64,000 nucleotides of DNA, from NCBI GenBank assembly GCA_964016885.1, contig OZ024765.1, positions 5,456,001-5,520,000 of the forward strand, given 5' to 3'. A program made the translations under genes and the position numbers. Numbering within the stretch: the stretch's first letter is position 1; each line of letters begins with the position of its first letter. Shown piece by piece: positions 1 to 13,460 of this stretch. This DNA is from Eledone cirrhosa. Taxonomy: Eukaryota. The notes beneath the pieces are model-generated. The model did no database searches, had not been told where the DNA came from, and saw only the letters and a list, made by a program, of their open reading frames with translations.

Positions 1-2409
1 GTGAAAATACAATAGTATATATAGAGTAATGTAAATGTTATGTGAGATATTATGTGAGGTAAAGACTTTACTGTGAAAATACAATAGTATATATAGAGTA
101 ATGTAAATGTTATGTGAGATATTATGTGAGGTAAAGCCTTTACTGTGAAAATACAATAGTATATATAGAGTAATGTAAATGTTATGTGAGATATTATGTG
201 AGGTAAAGCCTTTACTGTGAAAATACAATAGTATATATAGAGTAATGTAAATGTTATGTGAGATATTATGTGAGGTAAAGCCTTTACTGTGAAAATACAA
301 TAGTATATATAGAGTAATGTAAATGTTATGTGAGATATTATGTGAGGTAAAGCCTTTACTGTGAAAATACAATAGTATATATAGAGTAATGTAAATGTTA
401 TGTGAGATATTATGTGGAGTAAAGCCTTTACTGTGAAAATACAATAGTATATATAGAGTAGTGTAAATGTTATGTGAGATATTATATGAGGTAAAGCCTT
501 TACTGTGAAAATACAATAGTATATATAGAGTAATGTAAATGTTATGTGAGATATTATGTGAGGTAAAGCCTTTACTGTGAAAATACAATAGTATATATAG
601 AGTAATGTAAATGTTATGTGAGATATTATGTGAGGTAAAGCCTTTACTGTGAAAATACAATAGTATATATAGAGTAATGTAAATGTTATGTGAGATATTA
701 TGTGAGGTAAAGCCTTTACTGTGAAAATACAATAGTATATATAGAGTAATGTAAATGTTATGTGAGATATTATGTGAGGTAAAGCCTTTACTGTGAAAAT
801 ACAATAGTATATATAGAGTAATGTAAATGTTATGTGAGATATTATGTGGAGTAAAGCCTTTACTGTGAAAATACAATAGTATATATAGAGTAGTGTAAAT
901 GTTATGTGAGATATTATATGAGGTAAAGCCTTTACTGTGAAAATACAATAGTATATATAGAGTAATGTAAATGTTATGTGAGATATTATGTGAGGTAAAG
1001 CCTTTACTGTGAAAATACAATAGTATATATAGAGTACTGTAAATGTTATGTGAGATATTATGTGAGGTAAAGCCTTTACTGTGAAAATACAATAGTATAA
1101 ATAGAGTAATGTAAATGTTATGTGAGATATTATGTGAGGTAAAGCCTTTACTGTGAAAATACAATAGTATAAATAGAGTAATGTAAATGTTATGTGAGAT
1201 ATTATGTGAGGTAAAGCCTTTACTGTGAAAATACAATAGTATATATAGAGTAATGTAAATGTTATGTGAGATATTATGTGAGGTAAAGCCTTTACTGTGA
1301 AAATACAATAGTATATATAGAGTAATGTAAATGTTATGTGAGATATTATGTGAGGTAAAGCCTTTACTGTGAAAATACAATAGTATATATAGAGTAATGT
1401 AAATGTTATGTGAGATATTATGTGGAGTAAAGCCTTTACTGTGAAAATACAATAGTATATATAGAGTAGTGTAAATGTTATGTGAGATATTATATGAGGT
1501 AAAGCCTTTACTGTGAAAATACAATAGTATATATAGAGTAATGTAAATGTTATGTGAGATATTATGTGAGGTAAAGCCTTTACTGTGAAAATACAATAGT
1601 ATATATAGAGTACTGTAAATGTTATGTGAGATATTATGTGAGGTAAAGCCTTTACTGTGAAAATACAATAGTATAAATAGAGTAATGTAAATGTTATGTG
1701 AGATATTATGTGAGGTAAAGCCTTTACTGTGAAAATACAATAGTATAAATAGAGTAATGTAAATGTTATGTGAGATATTATGTGAGGTAAAGCCTTTACT
1801 GTGAAAATACAATAGTATATATAGAGTAATGTAAATGTTATGTGAGATATTATGTGGAGTAAAGCCTTTACTGTGAAAATACAATAGTATATATAGAGTA
1901 GTGTAAATGTTATGTGAGATATTATATGAGGTAAAGCCTTTACTGTGAAAATACAATAGTATATATAGAGTAATGTAAATGTTATGTGAGATATTATGTG
2001 AGGTAAAGCCTTTACTGTGAAAATACAATAGTATATATAGAGTACTGTAAATGTTATGTGAGATATTATGTGAGGTAAAGCCTTTACTGTGAAAATACAA
2101 TAGTATAAATAGAGTAATGTAAATGTTATGTGAGATATTATGTGAGGTAAAGCCTTTACTGTGAAAATACAATAGTATAAATAGAGTAATGTAAATGTTA
2201 TGTGAGATATTATGTGAGGTAAAGCCTTTACTGTGAAAATACAATAGTATATATAGAGTAATGTAAATGTTATGTGAGATATTATGTGAGGTAAAGCCTT
2301 TACTGTGAAAATACAATAGTATATATAGAGTAGTGTAAATGTTATGTGAGATATTATATGAGGTAAAGCCTTTACTGTGAAAATACAATAGTATATATAG
2401 AGTAATGTA
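1..2409 (-). repeat. 72-bp satellite array (>=33 units, runs off window start); same unit as inside the TTAA-MITE copies, opposite orientation
   Basis: Unit GTGAAAATACAATAGTATATATAGAGTAATGTAAATGTTATGTGAGATATTATGTGAGGTAAAGCCTTTACT; phase recurs every 360 bp (5x72). Confidence 0.97.
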
Positions 2410-2724
2410 TTAAATAGTTAAAGGGAGTGACCTGTGTAATACTGATCTATTAAAATATTTGACAAGTCATACTATAAGGTATCCCTCAGTTATCATGTAG
2501 TCCCAGCAATGTATTTTTCCCTAGGGCTCTAATAATTTATATAAATTAATCATCCAGCCACCATAGTGTTCTTAGCCATGATAGACACAGATCATACATC
2601 TGAAGAAGTTTCTTTTCTCACTCTCAGACGATAGCTTATCTGACTTTAATAGAACATGCTCCTAGTTCAGGTAGTGGCCCCTTTCAAGTGGCATACCCAT
2701 GGCACGTGCCATGGATGTTGGAAG

Positions 2725-5305
2725 TCTCCATTTCACTAAGGTGTAGTGTGTGATAGAGAGAAGGGATCTGGTCTGGGAGGCCAAGGATGTCTCCATTTCC
2801 CTAAGGTGTGGTGTGAGAGAGAGAGAAGGGATCTGGTCTGGGAGGCCAAGGATGTCTCCATTTCCCTAAGGTGTGGTGTGAGAGAGAGAGAAGGGATCTG
2901 GTCTGGGAGGCCAAGGATGTCTCCATTTCCCTAAGGTGTGGTGTGTGAGAGAGAGAAGGGATCTGGTCTGGGAGGCCAAGGATGTCTCCATTTCCCTAAG
3001 GTGTGGTGTGAGAGAGAGAGAGAAGGGATCTGGTCTGGGAGGCCAAGGATGTCTCCATTTCCCTAAGGTGTGGTGTGAGAGAGAGAGAGAAGGGATCTGG
3101 TCTGGGAGGCCAAGGATGTCTCCATTTCCCTAAGGTGTGGTGTGAGAGAGAGAGAGAAGGGATCTGGTCTGGGAGGCCAAGGATGTCTCCATTTCCCTAA
3201 GGTGTGGTGTGAGAGAGAGAGAGAAGGGATCTGGTCTGGGAGGCCAAGGATGTCTCCATTTCCCTAAGGTGTGGTGTGTGAGAGAGAGAAGGGATCTGGT
3301 CTGGGAGGCCAAGGATGTCTCCATTTCCCTAAGGTGTGGTGTGTGAGAGAGAGAAGGGATCTGGTCTGGGAGGCCAAGGATGTCTCCATTTCCCTAAGGT
3401 GTGGTGTGAGAGAGAGAGAGAAGGGATCTGGTCTGGGAGGCCAAGGATGTCTCCATTTCCCTAAGGTGTGGTGTGTGAGAGAGAGAAGGGATCTGGTCTG
3501 GGAGGCCAAGGATGTCTCCATTTCCCTAAGGTGTGGTGTGAGAGAGAGAGAGAAGGGATCTGGTCTGGGAGGCCAAGGATGTCTCCATTTCCCTAAGGTG
3601 TGGTGTGAGAGAGAGAGAGAAGGGATCTGGTCTGGGAGGCCAAGGATGTCTCCATTTCCCTAAGGTGTGGTGTGAGAGAGAGAGAGAAGGGATCTGGTCT
3701 GGGAGGCCAAGGATGTCTCCATTTCCCTAAGGTGTGGTGTGTGAGAGAGAGAAGGGATCTGGTCTGGGAGGCCAAGGATGTCTCCATTTCCCTAAGGTGT
3801 GGTGTGAGAGAGAGAGAGAAGGGATCTGGTCTGGGAGGCCAAGGATGTCTCCATTTCCCTAAGGTGTGGTGTGAGAGAGAGAGAGAAGGGATCTGGTCTG
3901 GGAGGCCAAGGATGTCTCCATTTCCCTAAGGTGTGGTGTGAGAGAGAGAGAGAAGGGATCTGGTCTGGGAGGCCAAGGATGTCTCCATTTCCCTAAGGTG
4001 TGGTGTGAGAGAGAGAGAGAAGGGATCTGGTCTGGGAGGCCAAGGATGTCTCCATTTCCCTAAGGTGTGGTGTGTGAGAGAGAGAAGGGATCTGGTCTGG
4101 GAGGCCAAGGATGTCTCCATTTCCCTAAGGTGTGGTGTGTGAGAGAGAGAAGGGATCTGGTCTGGGAGGCCAAGGATGTCTCCATTTCCCTAAGGTGTGG
4201 TGTGTGAGAGAGAGAAGGGATCTGGTCTGGGAGGCCAAGGATGTCTCCATTTCCCTAAGGTGTGGTGTGTGAGAGAGAGAAGGGATCTGGTCTGGGAGGC
4301 CAAGGATGTCTCCATTTCCCTAAGGTGTGGTGTGTGTGAGAGAGAGAAAGGATCTGGTCTGGGAGGCCAAGGATGTCTCCATTTCCCTAAGGTGTGGTGT
4401 GAGAGAGAGAGAGAAGGGATCTGGTCTGGGAGGCCAAGGATGTCTCCATTTCCCTAAGGTGTGGTGTGTGAGAGAGAGAAGGGATCTGGTCTGGGAGGCC
4501 AAGGATGTCTCCATTTCCCTAAGGTGTGGTGTGTGAGAGAGAGAAGGGATCTGGTCTGGGAGGCCAAGGATGTCTCCATTTCCCTAAGGTGTGGTGTGTG
4601 AGAGAGAGAAGGGATCTGGTCTGGGAGGCCAAGGATGTCTCCATTTCCCTAAGGTGTGGTGTGTGAGAGAGAGAAGGGATCTGGTCTGGGAGGCCAAGGA
4701 TGTCTCCATTTCCCTAAGGTGTGGTGTGTGTGAGAGAGAGAAGGGATCTGGTCTGGGAGGCCAAGGATGTCTCCATTTCCCTAAGGTGTGGTGTGAGAGA
4801 GAGAGAGAAGGGATCTGGTCTGGGAGGCCAAGGATGTCTCCATTTCCCTAAGGTGTGGTGTGTGAGAGAGAGAAGGGATCTGGTCTGGGAGGCCAAGGAT
4901 GTCTCCATTTCCCTAAGGTGTGGTGTGTGAGAGAGAGAAGGGATCTGGTCTGGGAGGCCAAGGATGTCTCCATTTCCCTAAGGTGTGGTGTGTGAGAGAG
5001 AGAAGGGATCTGGTCTGGGAGGCCAAGGATGTCTCCATTTCCCTAAGGTGTGGTGTGAGAGAGAGAGACGGGATCTGGTCTGGGAGGCCAAGGATGTCTC
5101 CATTTCCCTAAGGTGTGGTGTGAGAGAGAGAGAAGGGATCTGGTCTGGGAGGCCAAGGATGTCTCCATTTCCCTAAGGTGTGGTGTGAGAGAGAGAGAAG
5201 GGATCTGGTCTGGGAGGCCAAGGATGTCTCCATTTCCCTAAGGTGTGGTGTGAGAGAGAGAGAAGGGATCTGGTGTGGGAGGCTAAGGATGTCGGAAGTC
5301 TCCAC
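2725..5305. repeat. 65-67 bp minisatellite (~39 units), length varies in an internal (GT)/(GA) run
   Basis: Unit GTCTCCATTTCCCTAAGGTGTGGTGT(GA)nAGGGATCTGGTCTGGGAGGCCAAGGAT. Confidence 0.96.
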
Positions 5306-5759
5306 TGTTATAGGTTTCACAAGAAGTCAACCCACCTCACAGGACTCACATTTTGTGGGTAGCCAACTCCACTCTGATATAGCAGGGAGCAGGGATGTAG
5401 TCTGGGGGCCAAGAACACTTCCAAGTCTCCATCCCCTTGCAGTGTAGTGTTTGAGGGGCATTTGGCTGCTGTTTTTAGCAGCTCCAGCAACCCAGTTTGA
5501 CACAGAACTAAAGTTGTTGACATCTATGAAGTAAAAAGCTGCCTACTTCACTCACACACTACACACTTTACACTCACTCACACTCAAACACTACACTCAC
5601 ACTCAAACACTACACACTTTACTCACTCACACTTCACACTTTACTCACACTCACACATACTTCACTCACACTTCACTCACTACACACTTTACTCACACTC
5701 AGTGTTCCAGTGCAACTACTAACAGATGCACTTAGTGTTTATTTACATGTAAACAAACA

Positions 5760-8280
5760 TCACCACCACCACCCACTTGCATTTGGTAAGTGTTGGTGGT
5801 GTTGGTGTTGGTGGTGTTGTTGTTGGTGGCGATGGTAGTGGTGGCAGTGGTAGTGGTGTTGGTGATGGTGGTGGTATTTAATTACATGGTTTGTGTGATT
5901 GTCATGTGAGTCAGTGGGTGTCATCCATCATATGACAGAGACCAACAGGTGGGGAGGGTAGCAGTGGTGGTGGTGGTGTGGTGGTTGTGTGGTGGTGGTG
6001 TGGTTGTGGTGGAGGTGGTGTGGTTGTGGTGGTGGTAGTGTTGTTGTTGGTGGTAGTGTTGTTGTTGATGGTAGTGCTGTTGTTGATGGTAGTTGTGGTG
6101 GTGGTGGTGGTGGTGGTGGTGTGGTGGAGGTGGTGTGGTTGTGGTGGTGGTAGTGTTGTTGTTGTTGATGGTAGTGCTGTTGTTGTTGATGGTAGTTGTG
6201 GTTGTGGTTGTGGTGGTAGTGTGGTGGTGGTAGTGTTGTCGTTGATGGTAGTTGTGGTGGTTGCGGTGCTGTTGTGTTTGTAGTGTTAGTGGTGGTAGTT
6301 GTGGTGCTTGTGGTGGCAGTGTGGTTGTGGTGGTAGTGTTGTTGTTGTTGATGGTGGTGGTGGTGGTGGTGTTGGTGGTGACGGTAGTGGTGGTGGTGGT
6401 AGTAGTGTTGGTGGTGGTGCTGGTGGTGGTAGTGGGGGTGGCAGTTGTTGTTGGTGGTGGTGGTAGTGGTGGTGGTGGTGGTGGCAGTCGTTGGTGGTGA
6501 TGGTGGTGGTGGTGGTGGTGATAGTGTTGTTGGTGGTGATGGTGGTGGTGGTGGTGGTGGTGTTGTTGCTGTGATGGTGGTGTAGTGTTGTTGATAAGCC
6601 TCCAGGTCAGCTCTGATTAAGCAGTCCTGTGATTACAAAGACTTCCCAAACACGACCATCCCACCTTTAAGGTAGAATCAAAATCTATCCCGGACATACA
6701 TAGACATGTGTCTACTTGACTTCTGAAGGTTGTTGGGTGGGATTTGAGGCAGATTTGGCTGCTATTTCTTTTTGTGGTATATTATACATGATAGTGGTGG
6801 TGGTTATGGTGGTGGTGGTGGTGATGATGGTGGTTATTGTGGTGATGGTGATGGTGGTTGTGGTGGTGGTGGTGGTGGTGGTGATGGTGGTGATGATGGT
6901 TAGTGTGGTGATGGTGGTGATGGTGATGGTGGTTATTGTGGTGGTGGTGGTGATGGTGATGGTGGTTATGGTGGTGGTGGTGGTGATGATGGTGGTTATG
7001 GTGGTGGTGGTGGTGATGATGGTGGTTATTGTGGTGATGGTGGTGGTGATGGTGGTTATTGTGGTGGTGGTGGTGATGGTGATGGTGGTTATTGTGGTGG
7101 TGGTGGTGATGGTGGTGGTGGTTATTGTGGTGGTGGTGGTGATGGTGATGGTGGTTATTGTGGTGGTGGTGGTGATGATGATGGTGGTTATTGCGGTGGT
7201 GGTGGTGATGATGATGGTGGTTATTGTGGTGGTGGTGGTGATGGTGATGGTGATGGTGGTTATTGTGGTGGTGGTGGTGATGATGATGGTGGTTATTGTG
7301 GTGGTGGTGGTGATGGTGGTGGTGGTGGTGATGGTGGTGGTGGTTATTGTGGTGGTGGTGGTGATGGTGGTGGTGGTTATTGTGGTGGTGGTGGTGATGG
7401 TGATGGTGGTTATTGTGGTGGTGGTGGTGATGGTGGTGGTGGTTATTGTGGTGGTGGTGGTGATGGTGGTGGTGGTTATTGTGGTGGTGGTGGTGATGGT
7501 GGTGGTGGTTATTGTGGTGGTGGTGGTGATGGTGATGGTGGTTATTGTGGTGGTGGTGGTGATGATGATGGTGGTTATTGCGGTGGTGGTTATTGTGGTG
7601 GTGGTGGTGATGGTGATGGTGGTTATTGTGGTGGTGGTGGTGATGATGATGGTGGTTATTGCGGTGGTGGTGGTGATGATGATGGTGGTTATTGTGGTGG
7701 TGGTGGTGATGGTAGTTATTGTGGTGATGATGATGGTGGTTATTGCGGTGGTGGTGGTGATGGTGATGGTGGTTATTGTGGTGGTGGTGGTGGTGGTGGT
7801 GGTGGTGGTTATTGTGGTGGTGGTGGTGGTGGTGATGGTGGTTATTGTGGTGGTGGTGGTGATGGTGATGGTGGTTATTGTGGTGGTGGTGGTGGTGACG
7901 GTGATGGTGGTTATTGTGGTGGTGGTGATGATGATGATGGTGGTTATTGTGGTGGTGGTGGTGGTGATGGTGATGGTGGTTATTGTGGTGGTGGTGGTGA
8001 TGGTGGTGATGATGATGGTGGTTATTGTGGTGATGGTGGTGATGGTGATGGTGGTTATTGTGGTGGTGGTGGTGGTGATGATGATGATGGTGGTTATTGT
8101 GGTGGTGGTGGTGGTGGTGATGGTTAGTGTGGTGATGGTGGTTATGGTGGTGGTGGTGATGGTGATGGTGGTTATTGTGGTGGTGGTGGTGATGGTGATA
8201 GTAATGGTGGTGGTGTGGACTAAATTATTAAGATAGCGATAATCATGATGATAATCATGATGATAGTGATAGTGATGGTG
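5760..8280. repeat. (GGT/GAT/GTT)n low-complexity tracts, including a GGTTATT(GTG)n patterned block at 6790-8220
   Basis: Direct reading; source of the poly-V and poly-T ORFs. Confidence 0.95.
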
Positions 8281-8555
8281 ACTTATGATGAAAGACATTC
8301 CAGCTGTGACTATCCCATCTTCCACATATCACACACAAACATGTTGGCATACCCCCCCCCCCCCACCACCACACATACACACACACACACACACACGCAC
8401 ACCTATCCCAGTACATACACATCTATACACACACTCCCCGATGAAAGCACTCAATCCACCCTGTAAAATGTAGTCCTGGTGCCATCTTAAAAACTGCCCT
8501 GTCCACCCTCGAAATAATTGATAATTTTAGTAAATCCCTCAAAATTCTTCCTTAA

Positions 8556-9121
8556 CCCTTTACCATTTACATTACTCTATATATACTATTGTATTTTCAC
8601 GGTAAAGGCTTTACCTCACATAATATCTCACATAACATTTACATTACTCTATATATACTATTGTATTTTCATGGTAAAGGCTTTACCTCACATAATATCT
8701 CACATAACATTAACATTACTCTATATATACTATTGTATTTTCACAGTAAAGGCTTTACCTCACATAATATCTCACATAACATTAACATTACTCTATATAA
8801 ACTATTGTATTTTCACAGTAAAGGCTTTACCTCACATAATATCTCACAACATTCACATTACTCTATATATACTATTATATTTTCATGGTAAAGGCTTTAC
8901 CTCACATAATATCTCACATTACTCTATATATACTATTGTATTTTCACAGTAAAGGCTTTACCTCTCATAATATCTCACATAATATCGAATCTATGAAATT
9001 TTGGAAGTATTTATTTTGAGAACAATACCTTAACATCAGTTTGAGTGACCAGTTACAGCCAGTTTCAACAGCAGAAGGTAGAGAATTCTGGCCGGTTTTG
9101 GCCAGTTTGAACATTAAAGGG
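8556..9121 (+). mobile_element. piggyBac-type non-autonomous element (MITE) with ~6 internal 72-bp satellite units
   Basis: TTAA (8552-8555) | CCCTTTA...TAAAGGG | TTAA (9122-9125); unique 3' segment shared with 41605-41743. Confidence 0.85.
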
Positions 9122-9584
9122 TTAATGTTTTTGACACAAACGTGGCCACAATCAGTTTCTATTTAAATTAAACTCTTCCAATTTTACATAGGAACTATAT
9201 GTTAAGTCACTGTTTTAATAATGCAATAATGTATAATTTTAGCGTGGAAAATGGATGTTAAACAATGATGATATCTTTCTGAAGTTAATAACATAAAATA
9301 CCACTCTGTGTACTGGGGGTGATATAATCGACTTTGCCTTCCCCAAGAATTGTTGGTCTTGTAACCTAACATATAAAGCACTATAAATACTTTCACAAAA
9401 GTTTTAAATTGGTGGGATGACCACATCTGGAGTACCTTTGATCATAGGTCTAACTGAGTCAATGGTTCCCAAGCTTTTGTGCACAATGCCCCACCTTAAC
9501 AAACATCTCAAATGTTCTTATTCCCGCCTCCATGATATGAAAACAGCGATGTTTAACAGCAAACTGTAAACAAATTGGTCTCTA

Positions 9585-10450
9585 GGTGGTGCCAGACGTA
9601 CAATAACATGTGGTGGAGGTGAGACAGGAATTTCTGACTAATGTCTACCAAAGTTATCTTGGTGTAGGTGGTGCCAGATGTACAATAACATGTGGTGGAG
9701 GTGAGACAGGAGTTTCTGACTGTAATGTCTACCAAAGTTACCTTGGTGTAGATGGTGCCAGATGTACAATAACATGTGGTGGAGGTGAGACAGGAGTTTC
9801 TGACTAGAATGTTTACCAAAGTTACCTTGGTGTAGGTGGTGCCAGATGTACAATAACATGTGGTGGAGGTGAGACAGGAGTTTCTGACTGTAATGTCTAC
9901 CAAAGTTACCTTGGTGTAGGTGGTGCCAGATGTACAATAACATGTGGTGGAGGTGAGACAGGAGTTTCTGACTGTAATGTCTACCAAATTTACCTTGGTG
10001 TAGGTGGTGCCAGATGTACAATAACATGTGGTGGAGGTGAGACAGGAGTTTCTGACTGGAATGTCTACCAAAGTTACCTTGGTGTAAGTGGTGCCAGATG
10101 TACAATAACATGTGGTGGAGGTGAGACAGGAGTTTCTGACTGGAATGTCTACCAAAGTTACCTTGGTGTAGGTGGTGCCAGATACACAATAACATGTGGT
10201 GGAGGTGAGACAGGAGTTTCTGACTGTAATGTCTACCAAAGTTACCTTGGTGTAGGTGGTGCCAGATGTACAATAACATGTGGTGGAGGTGAGACAGGAG
10301 TTTCTGACTGTAATGTCTACCAAAGTTACCATGGTGTAGGTGGTGCCAGATGTACAATAACATGTGGTGGAGGTGAGACAGGAGTTTCTGACTGTATTGT
10401 CTACCAAACCTGAAGTTTGGTATCTGGCACCACCTACACCAAGACAACAT
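9585..10450. repeat. 84-bp tandem repeat (~10 units) followed by an inverted partial unit
   Basis: Period 84 (9661 to 10081 = 5x84); 10424-10449 is the reverse complement of GTTRYCTTGGTGTAGGTGGTGCCAGA. Confidence 0.93.
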
Positions 10451-11657
10451 CATTTTCAAATTGCTCCTCCCTCCTTAAATATAAAAAATGTTTCCCTGGG
10501 GGTGGGGTGGGGGGTGCTTCTCTCGTTGGGAATCACTGGTTTACCAAGTCAGTGGTGACCTAGGGTTAAACAACAACAATTCAGTTGTCATATAATACAA
10601 TCCTATAGTGTGACTCAGTAATATCTGGTAACCCTTTCCTGTTGAGGTGCCAGTAGTGGTGTGGTAGTGGCGTTGGGAGTGGTGGTGGTGGTGGTAGCGA
10701 TGTTGGTGGTGACGGTAGCGAAGGTGGTGGCCATAGTGGAGGTGGTAGTGATGATGGTGGTGGTGGTGGTGGTGGTGGAGAGTAAAGTAGTTGGGAGGGT
10801 GGGTGTGATGGTGGTGTTGCTGGTAAGTGGTTGTGACGATGAGGGCGGGGTGGTGGTGGTGGTTGTGGTGCTGATTGCATTGTGGTGGTGGTGGTGGTGA
10901 AGTGCTGACAGTGGTGTGATATTGGTGGTGGTGGTGGTGGTGTGACATTGGTGGTGGTGGTGGTGATGGTGTGAGATTGGTGGTGGTGGTGATGGTGGTG
11001 GTGATGGTGGTGTGATATTGGTGGTGGTGGTGGTGATGGTGGTGATGGTGGTTATCTGCTGTGGCATGGGGTGTGATAAGGATGGGTCTTGAATAGGAAA
11101 CTGTTATCTACACCAAATCCGGTTTGTGGTTGCCCCCCCCCCCCCCCCTCCATCGTCAAGTAGTGGGTGTATTGGTGGTGGTGGTGGTGGTGGGTGGTTA
11201 TCTATGGGAGGGATGTAGTAATGATAATGTTAATAATGGTGGTGGTGGTGGTGTGGGGGGGGGTGATGTTTGTGGTAAAGTTGGCCAGTGTTGTGGTGGT
11301 GGTGGTCTAGTGTTGGGGGTGTAGTGGTGGGGGTGTGGTGTTAATGTTGACTAGAGTGTTGTGTTGGTATTAGTGGTAAATGTTGGCTGAGTTGTCAGTG
11401 TGGTGTTGTGGTGTGGTGGTGGTGGTGAGGTGTTGTGGTGTGGTGGTGGTGGTGTGTCATGGTGGTGTGTAGTGGTGGTGCTGTGGTGGTGGTGTGGTGG
11501 CGCGATGTTGGCTATAGCTTTTTCTAATGTTTGTGGTAATGGTTGTGGTGGCGGTGTTGTGGTGGCGGTGATGTGGTGTTGTGGTGGTGGTGATGGTGGA
11601 GTTTGTACTTCCTCAAAAAAAACAAAATACAAACCTACACTAATGTTTACCCCCCCC

Positions 11658-11688
<31 letters not shown>

Positions 11689-12084
11689 ACACACCACCTC
11701 CTCCACTTTTTAACAACACCAAGCCTTTATAACAGGTCTTTTCCTATTTTCTGGATGGTGGTGGGGGTGTTAGTGGTGGTGTTGGTGGAAGTGGTGGGGG
11801 TGAGGGTGTTAGTGATGGGGGTGTTAGTGGGGGTGTTGGTGGAGGTGGTGGTGGAGGTGGTGTGGGGGTTTCCCCCTCTCTATCTCCTTGTGAACCAATT
11901 AACCTCACATTCTGCAATGACCCTTCATACACACACACACACACACACACGTATGCCTGTATACTGACATACACACATACACATCATACACAAGTACATA
12001 AAAATACACACACACACATGCATACGCACATATAGACACATATACACACAACTATATATACACACACACATATACACACGCATA

Positions 12085-12570
12085 CACACTCAGCAGTAAG
12101 TACACACACATACACACATACCCACACAGCAGTAAGTACACACACATACACACACACAGCAGTAAGTACATATACACACCCACACAGCAGTAAGTACACA
12201 CACATACACACACAGCAGTAAGTACATATACACACACAGCAGTAAGTACATATACATACCCACACATACACACACAGCAGTAAGTACACACACATACCCA
12301 CACATACACACAGCAGTAAGTATATATACACACCCACACATACACACACAGCAGTAAGTACACACACATACCCACACATACACACAGCAGTAAGTATATG
12401 TACATACACACACCCACACATACACACACAGCAGTAAGTATATATACACACACAGCAGTAAGTACATACACACACCCACACATACACACACAGCAGTAAG
12501 TATATATACACACACAGCAGTAAGTACATACACACACCCACACATACACACACAGCAGTAAGTATATATA
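12085..12570. repeat. Minisatellite CAGCAGTAAGTA + (CA/TA)n
   Basis: Motif repeated ~17 times with variable (CA) spacers. Confidence 0.9.
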
Positions 12571-12644
12571 CAGATAATTAATAAATACCACTTTTGTGAT
12601 TTGTCTTTTGTACACTCCTGTCTCTCTCATCTCTCTGCCACACT

Positions 12645-12694
<50 letters not shown>

Positions 12695-12969
12695 CGTTTC
12701 TGAATTTGTTTAGCAAGATTCTTTATCTGAAAACATGTGTTGAAACCGATATTGTTATACTTTGGGAGGGTCATGTTGCCAATAAGAAACACACGCACCA
12801 GTTGCTTTCACTTCAATTTATTATAATAAATTTATAATTTTTGGAATTTATAAATTTCCGGTTGGTTGGTTGGTTCCACAACCAGATGGTTGTTTATATA
12901 TTGTCAAAGTTCTTTCGTCACACATTCTGTGACCTCTTCATCCCACTGGCTGGGCGGGCAGGCCGGTAC

Positions 12970-13107
12970 TCATTTCTACAGCTGAGTAAACTGGAGCAGC
13001 ATGAAATAAAGTGTCTTGCTCAAGGAAACAACATATCACCCGGTCTGAGAATTGAACTCACAACCTTTCGATTGCAAGCCCAATGCTCTAACCACTAAGC
13101 CAATTGC

Positions 13108-13110
<3 letters not shown>
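12970..13110 (-). mobile_element. tRNA-derived SINE family 1, 5' part
   Basis: Minus strand has an A box TGGCTTAGTGG and B box GAGTTCAATTC, then TCCTTGAGCAAGACACTTTATTTCA; near-identical to 34798-35140. Confidence 0.85.
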
Positions 13111-13140
<30 letters not shown>

Positions 13141-13166
13141 AGTGGTTACACAACAGTTAGTTCACC

Positions 13167-13210
13167 ATACCGAGAACAATTATTTCACCTTAGCGGATCC
13201 TCAGCTCGTA
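13167..13210 (-). ncRNA. Minimal, degenerate type I hammerhead motif in an ~88-bp insert between two (TA)n tracts
   Basis: Minus strand: ACGAG CTGAGGA TCCGCTAAGGT GAAA TAATTG TT CTCG; stem I CGAG/CTCG. Confidence 0.55.
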
Positions 13211-13305
13211 ATCCAGTGTTCTACCACTATATATATATATATATATAACTGAGGATGTCTGTCTGTATGTGTGTCAGTTTGAATCCCTAAAACTCGAGAA
13301 GCACC

Positions 13306-13460
13306 CAGTCCTATCATCTCATTTCTACAACTTAGTAAACTGGAGCAACGTGAAATAAAGTGTCTTGCTCAAGGAAACAACACATCACCCAGTCTGAGAA
13401 TTGAACTCACAACCTTTCCATTGCAAGGCCAATGCTCTAACCACTAAGCCATGTGCCTCC
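13306..13460 (-). mobile_element. tRNA-derived SINE family 1, 5' part
   Basis: Same A/B boxes and body as other copies. Confidence 0.85.

Noticed and set aside
2725-5305. Regular repeats that could be mistaken for a CRISPR array (also 42700-43800 and 47265-47585)
   Set aside because: No unique spacers, no cas genes, eukaryotic context
6712-8325. 537-aa and 506-aa poly-T / poly-V ORFs, and similar His/Pro/Tyr-Ile-rich ORFs throughout
   Set aside because: Microsatellite translations open on both strands; no domain or splice evidence
9553-10459. Cys/Thr-rich ORFs; CTITCGGG resembles a thrombospondin type 1 motif
   Set aside because: 84-bp repeat translation; the plus frame has a stop at ~9805 and lacks the TSP1 WxxW and RxR motifs
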